Positions 59,749 through 64,000 of a stretch of 64,000 nucleotides of DNA are shown here, one piece after another. The notes under the pieces are model-generated. The model had not been told where the DNA came from. It saw only the letters and a program-made list of their open reading frames with translations, and searched no databases. Every line of letters begins with the position of its first letter. Positions within the stretch are counted from its first letter, which is position 1. Position numbers and translations under genes: made by a program. Origin of the DNA: Candidatus Bathyarchaeota archaeon (GTDB lineage Archaea; Thermoproteota; Bathyarchaeia; Bathyarchaeales; Bathycorpusculaceae); assembly GCA_963828195.1 (NCBI GenBank), contig CAWHDT010000004.1:32001-96000 (forward strand), given 5' to 3'.

Positions 59749-61091
59749 GAAAGCAACTGATCGGCTGTTTGCTGGGATTGAACTTTATCTTTGGGCAACT
59801 TGGGCTTCTGCCTTGTCACCTGCTCAACAAGCCGCCAGAACTCCTCCATAGTGTAACCCTTCAGAAGCTCCTTCATGAGTTTTTTCACTTGGTAATAAAT
59901 CATTTGGGCTTCACCCTTATCCAAGCTTTCCTGAGGACCCTTAATACGCCTGAAAAGCTCATCCATCTGCCGCGGGGAAGCTCGGATTCCGGCTTTCTCC
60001 AAAAGCTTCTGTATAAGCGTTTGTTCCGTGTTTCTGCCGACGAAAATTGTTGTTTCTCTGCCCACAATTTCAGGGGGGAAAGGCTCAAAAACCAGTGGGC
60101 AAGCCATCATTTCCTCTACATCTTCCTCTACTTCATGGGTGAAAATGTTTTCGCCGATTATGGGCTTATGGAATTGGATCGGTAGGGCAAAAGCTTTTTC
60201 AGCCGATTGAGCGATCCGATAGATTTTTCCTAAATCGACGCCTGTATCGATGTTGTAGAGAAGCTCCAGCGCCGTTACAACTTCTTCAAAAGGAGCTATG
60301 CCGGCGCGTTCCCCAAAGCCAGCGATGCAGGTGTGTATGTATGAGACTCCTTCTTCTACAGCAGCCAAAGTGTTTGCCGTCGCCATCCCGAAATCATTGT
60401 GGCAGTGAATAGAAAGCGTTACCTTCTTTTTCACAGAATCAGGTAACCCATCGCGAACATGAGACATTAAATAACGCATAGAAAGGGGCCTTATGAATCC
60501 AACGCTGTCAGCTATCGCTAACCTTCTTGCTCCCGCATCAGCCGCCGCCACAAAAACCTGCAAAATATCTTCCAGCGGGGTTCTGGTGCCATCCATAAGA
60601 ACAAAGCTCACCGTTGCCCCATGCTTTTTAGCGTAATCGATGCTTTCAACCAATTTTTGCAGAGCTTGCTCTTTGCTTAATTTTAACTTGCACTGCAAGT
60701 TTAAACCGTTAAAAGGGGTCTCAATGGTTACATCTTTTATACCGCACTCCAGACAGGCTGCAACGCTGTTCGTAGTTGCCTCAGCCGAAGCCGTCAGCTT
60801 CACGTTTGAAAAACTTTCATTTACGATGCGCTTAACATTGCGTTTTTCATCTTCAGACAAAGCCGGGAAACCCACGTTAATCTCAGAGACCCCCGCTTCA
60901 TCCATTAGCTTCGCCAGCCTAACCTGCTCCACATAAGTCAGATAAACAGTGGGCGCTTTGATGCCTTCTCTGAAGGTTTCGTCTGAAACAAACACGCGGT
61001 CGGGAAGTTTAGGCGGCAAATTCTTTCTTAAACGATTGTAATTCGCAATTAACCCTTGCGCTTCAAGCTTCTTAAATATCGTCTTTCTCAT
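59745..61091 (-). CDS. DRE-TIM homocitrate/isopropylmalate synthase family protein with a divergent active-site motif
   Basis: DETFREG, GFP, HCHNDFGMATAN and G.GERAG. Confidence 0.85.
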   Translation of the reverse strand: MRKTIFKKLEAQGLIANYNRLRKNLPPKLPDRVFVSDETFREGIKAPTVYLTYVEQVRLAKLMDEAGVSEINVGFPALSEDEKRNVKRIVNESFSNVKLTASAEATTNSVAACLECGIKDVTIETPFNGLNLQCKLKLSKEQALQKLVESIDYAKKHGATVSFVLMDGTRTPLEDILQVFVAAADAGARRLAIADSVGFIRPLSMRYLMSHVRDGLPDSVKKKVTLSIHCHNDFGMATANTLAAVEEGVSYIHTCIAGFGERAGIAPFEEVVTALELLYNIDTGVDLGKIYRIAQSAEKAFALPIQFHKPIIGENIFTHEVEEDVEEMMACPLVFEPFPPEIVGRETTIFVGRNTEQTLIQKLLEKAGIRASPRQMDELFRRIKGPQESLDKGEAQMIYYQVKKLMKELLKGYTMEEFWRLVEQVTRQKPKLPKDKVQSQQTADQLLS

Positions 61092-61321
61092 TGAGACTCA
61101 ATCCAACAATATGAAACCTAAACGATAATGTTAATTTGCTAATTCAAATATAAAAACTAAATCACCACAGCATAAAGTCGCGTTTCAAAATATTTAAAAA
61201 AAGGTTTTTTAGCCTTTCCACAGCCTTTTTAAAGGGCAGGGTTTGCTTTGTTGAAGTAGGTTTATTGGCAAAAGTTTTAAGTGTTGACAGAAAATGTATT
61301 AGCCGCCGAAGGCAACAGAAA

Positions 61322-61510
61322 ATGAGCAGCTTAAAGGATACTGTTGAAAAAATAAAAAATTTAGAAAACGAGAAAAAAAATCTTTTACTTGAAATTGAAG
61401 CGCTCAAGAAAAGGGCTGATGCTAAAGCTACTGAGTTAGAAAGCGAGGTTGCCACGCTGCGTGAAGAAGCTAAATCTTTGAAAAATTTGATGGGTCAATG
61501 GCAGCTATGA
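61322..61510 (+). CDS. Small coiled-coil protein
   Basis: MSSLKDTVEKIKNLENEKKNLL... heptad pattern. Confidence 0.65.
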   Translation: MSSLKDTVEKIKNLENEKKNLLLEIEALKKRADAKATELESEVATLREEAKSLKNLMGQWQL

Positions 61511-61562
61511 GTAGACCAGCTTTAAGTGGGTTAATGCCGGGCAGCTTTTTCTTTTCTTTTGG

Positions 61563-62438
61563 CTACTGGGTCTCTGCAGGTAGGGGCATTCTTTGAAGAA
61601 GAGCATTTACTGAATTCGCCAACGCGCTGCACGCTGCCTGCCGCGCCTCTGTGGACGTGTCAGTTTCAAGTCTTTCAAGTTCTTTATGCAAAGCATCGAC
61701 TCTATCCGTAATTTCTTGCTTCTTCTTCTCGTAATAATCATGCATTTTCTCTTGGTCAGCCGTGAAGGTTTGCAATGCAACTTCCAACTCGTTTTTTGCC
61801 GACTTCAATTCCTTTCTGGTTTGGGCAAGCGTTTCTGCAGCTTTCTTTTTAGCTCTCATCTTGTAAAAGCGGATTTTGATTTCTTCTTGACTTGCCACAT
61901 CATCCTCTAACTCGCGGATTTTTGTGCTTAAACTCTGAACCTCCGCGTTCCGCTTGAAGCTTAGCTCTCTTGTTTTCTCAGAATATTCCTTATCGGTTTC
62001 CACCAAAAGATGATTATTGTCAAAAAGCTCCTTTGCCTCGCCAGTCAGGTTTGTTTCCTGAAGCCTTTTTTCGGCAAGCGCTCCTTCAACATCTAGAAAA
62101 ATCTGGGTGCGCTCCTTAACAAATTGTTCATCCACCTTAATCATCGGGGTTGACTCGAATTCCGAAATCATTTGGCGCAGATTCGTAAGCCAATCATCGA
62201 AATACTGGCTGAAAGGGGAAAGCGCAAAAATTTGATTCCCGAACCTGCTTAAACCGATGAGAGTTTTTTCAACAACCTCCTTAGCAGAAACCTCAGTTGC
62301 CTCTTCCAGATACTTGCCGCCGGAGCGCTGCTTTTTCTCTTTTGTCTTCTTTTCATGCGCGGACTTTGAGAGTTGCCGACCGGCGTTTCGGCGTGAACCA
62401 GTTTGAGACCTGTTGCTCATAGACAAACCAGTGTGCAC
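61563..62438 (-). CDS. Coiled-coil hypothetical protein
   Basis: GNQIFALSPFSQYFDDWL followed by a long E/K heptad region; start probably ATG 62420. Confidence 0.75.
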   Translation of the reverse strand: MHTGLSMSNRSQTGSRRNAGRQLSKSAHEKKTKEKKQRSGGKYLEEATEVSAKEVVEKTLIGLSRFGNQIFALSPFSQYFDDWLTNLRQMISEFESTPMIKVDEQFVKERTQIFLDVEGALAEKRLQETNLTGEAKELFDNNHLLVETDKEYSEKTRELSFKRNAEVQSLSTKIRELEDDVASQEEIKIRFYKMRAKKKAAETLAQTRKELKSAKNELEVALQTFTADQEKMHDYYEKKKQEITDRVDALHKELERLETDTSTEARQAACSALANSVNALLQRMPLPAETQ

Positions 62439-62512
62439 AAGAAATATTTAAACAATGACATATGCGCCAAGATAATTGTGATTTGTTTGTTAAAAAAACA
62501 ATTGGCGAAATT

Positions 62513-63559
62513 TCAGTCCGTGCGCTTATTTCTTGCTTTTCTTGCTTGTTTTACCGTTTCAGGGGGCTTTCGCGACTTCATGACAAGTATGGTTCCGACG
62601 ACTACAATGAGAACCACCACAATGGCTACTGCGTAAATTGCCGTTAGGTTCGATGAGTTATTTGAGTTTGAGTTAGCTGAAGTTGCTGGGGTAGATGACG
62701 GTGAGCTAGATGAACCTTGAGTGGGAGAAGTTGTAGAAGCGGGAGAGCTTGAAGAGCCAGGAGACGGAGTGTTGGAAGAACCGGGGGATGGAGTAATTAA
62801 AGGTCCAGTTCCTTGGAGAATTGGTCCATCTGCTTGGATTAGAAGCGAGTATTTTGTGATTTTTTCGCTGGTGATTATTCCTGTCTGGTTTATGTCAAAA
62901 GCTCCGAGCTGAAAGGACTCTGATGCGGAAGATGATAGGCTTGCATCGGTGTTTGAATAGCCTACTGCGACAACGCTGCCTGTGGAGTTGTAGAAGGTTC
63001 CAAATACCGTGACGTTCTCGGCGGTTTGGCTGCCCGTGTTTTGGACGTTGCCTGTGACCCAATAAACGCCCGTGTCATTTACTGTGTTGCCGATGTATGA
63101 TTTGCTGCTTGAAACAGTTAAACCTGGATATTGGTAGCTTGTAGTTGCGTTTGCTTCAGCGACGGCTAACTCGATGCTTGCAATAGTTACTGTTGCCCAT
63201 GTTCCGTCTGGAGAATTGTTCGGTGCCCAAAATTCCAAGTAAAAGGGTGCTATTTGATTTGGGCTTAGATAAAGGATCGACATGGGATCTATACCGATGG
63301 TTGCATACGTATCTCCCTGATCTGTCCCTGTATTGTCAATTACTGAACCCGTCACTAGCACACCAAATACGGTGTTTGGGCCTTGATTTTGCACTTCGCC
63401 GACAACGTCAAGAATACCTTGGTTGTCAACGTAGTAGCTGTAGCTTAAAATCTTCATATCTTGCGCTTGATTAATTTGGCAGAAGACATCTGGAACTAAA
63501 GCTAACCCCAAAGACATCAGGGTCAACGCAACAAACAAATAAACAGAGCTTTTTCTCAT
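62513..63559 (-). CDS. FxLYD-domain surface protein
   Basis: Two VGEVQN/VTGNVQN Ig-like domains, TFYNSTG.VV, Ser/Pro linker, TM and basic tail. Confidence 0.85.
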   Translation of the reverse strand: MRKSSVYLFVALTLMSLGLALVPDVFCQINQAQDMKILSYSYYVDNQGILDVVGEVQNQGPNTVFGVLVTGSVIDNTGTDQGDTYATIGIDPMSILYLSPNQIAPFYLEFWAPNNSPDGTWATVTIASIELAVAEANATTSYQYPGLTVSSSKSYIGNTVNDTGVYWVTGNVQNTGSQTAENVTVFGTFYNSTGSVVAVGYSNTDASLSSSASESFQLGAFDINQTGIITSEKITKYSLLIQADGPILQGTGPLITPSPGSSNTPSPGSSSSPASTTSPTQGSSSSPSSTPATSANSNSNNSSNLTAIYAVAIVVVLIVVVGTILVMKSRKPPETVKQARKARNKRTD

Positions 63560-63735
63560 GGAACTATCCCCTTACCCCAATAAATTCCACTAATACGGGT
63601 TTGTACTATAAAACAGTTTTTCAAAATTACACCTTAAATCCAAAATAGGGTTTTGCCCAAGATTCCGCAGTTAAACTGGCTAAAATTTGTTGGGTCGTGG
63701 GGATAACTTGGGTTTTTGTCGGCTAGATTTTTGAG

Positions 63736-63862
63736 TTGAGACTTTGCCTTGGCGTAAGTTGCGACTTTCCGTCTTGGGTCTTTGTGTTTCGGGTTGCTTT
63801 TTTGGTTTGGGGTCTGGGGCGTTTGTGCGTTGCGACTTTGGCATTGTCGGATTGCGACTTTG
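63736..63862. repeat. Four TTG(C/A)GACTTT direct repeats in two pairs spaced 23 and 22 bp
   Basis: Copies start at 63736, 63759, 63830 and 63852. Confidence 0.6.
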
Positions 63863-64000
63863 CATGTTGAGTGCATATTGAAGTTATTGTCGGTTATGGG
63901 CGGCTGGCTTCGGCGACGGGTTCGGCTCTGCAGGTTAGGAAAGGGCGTTTTAGCTCAACTGTGGCTTATTTAAAAGCGCCTGGGAAAGTGTTCGGGCTAA

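Noticed and set aside
63634-63973. Short ORFs at the right edge
   Set aside because: Compositionally biased, overlap non-coding repeats and lack protein motifs

Overview
Archaeal chromosomal segment. Gene content and style (TATA-type promoters, frequent TTG/GTG starts, DUF2206/DUF1616/DUF1614, archaeosortase, H4MPT-type pterin genes, LipS2-like radical SAM) suggest Bathyarchaeia; this is an inference. About 4.1-45.2 kb is a minus-strand surface-glycosylation island. It holds a frameshifted exosortase/archaeosortase fusion, two giant repeat-rich surface proteins (one with a PEF-CTERM-like tail), seven GT2/GT4 glycosyltransferases, wecB, O-acetyltransferase, SGNH, GH5, PIG-L deacetylase, two Gfo/Idh/MocA+DUF362 modules, two paralogous methyltransferases, an ATP-grasp ligase and three Fem-fold GNAT proteins. 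The main observation is two identical 74-nt tRNA-Cys(GCA) genes (40977-41050, 43140-43213) lying among the GNAT/ATP-grasp genes. They keep the Cys identity elements but lack the D-loop GG and have UGC instead of UUC in the T-loop. The staphylococcal cell-wall-dedicated tRNA-Gly species used by Fem ligases carry the same kind of changes. This suggests a dedicated Cys-tRNA-dependent pathway for cysteinylating a glycan or envelope component (hypothesis). At 47.6-50.1 kb, three decayed 3' halves of a different, canonical-type tRNA-Cys delimit single-gene cassettes. The right part carries housekeeping genes (CBS-HPF hibernation-like factor, pyrK/pyrD, pterin genes, radical SAM enzymes, DRE-TIM synthase), an unannotated 16-aa Lys-rich ORF and a dispersed hairpin repeat. 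No rRNA, CRISPR array or intact integrase/transposase was seen.
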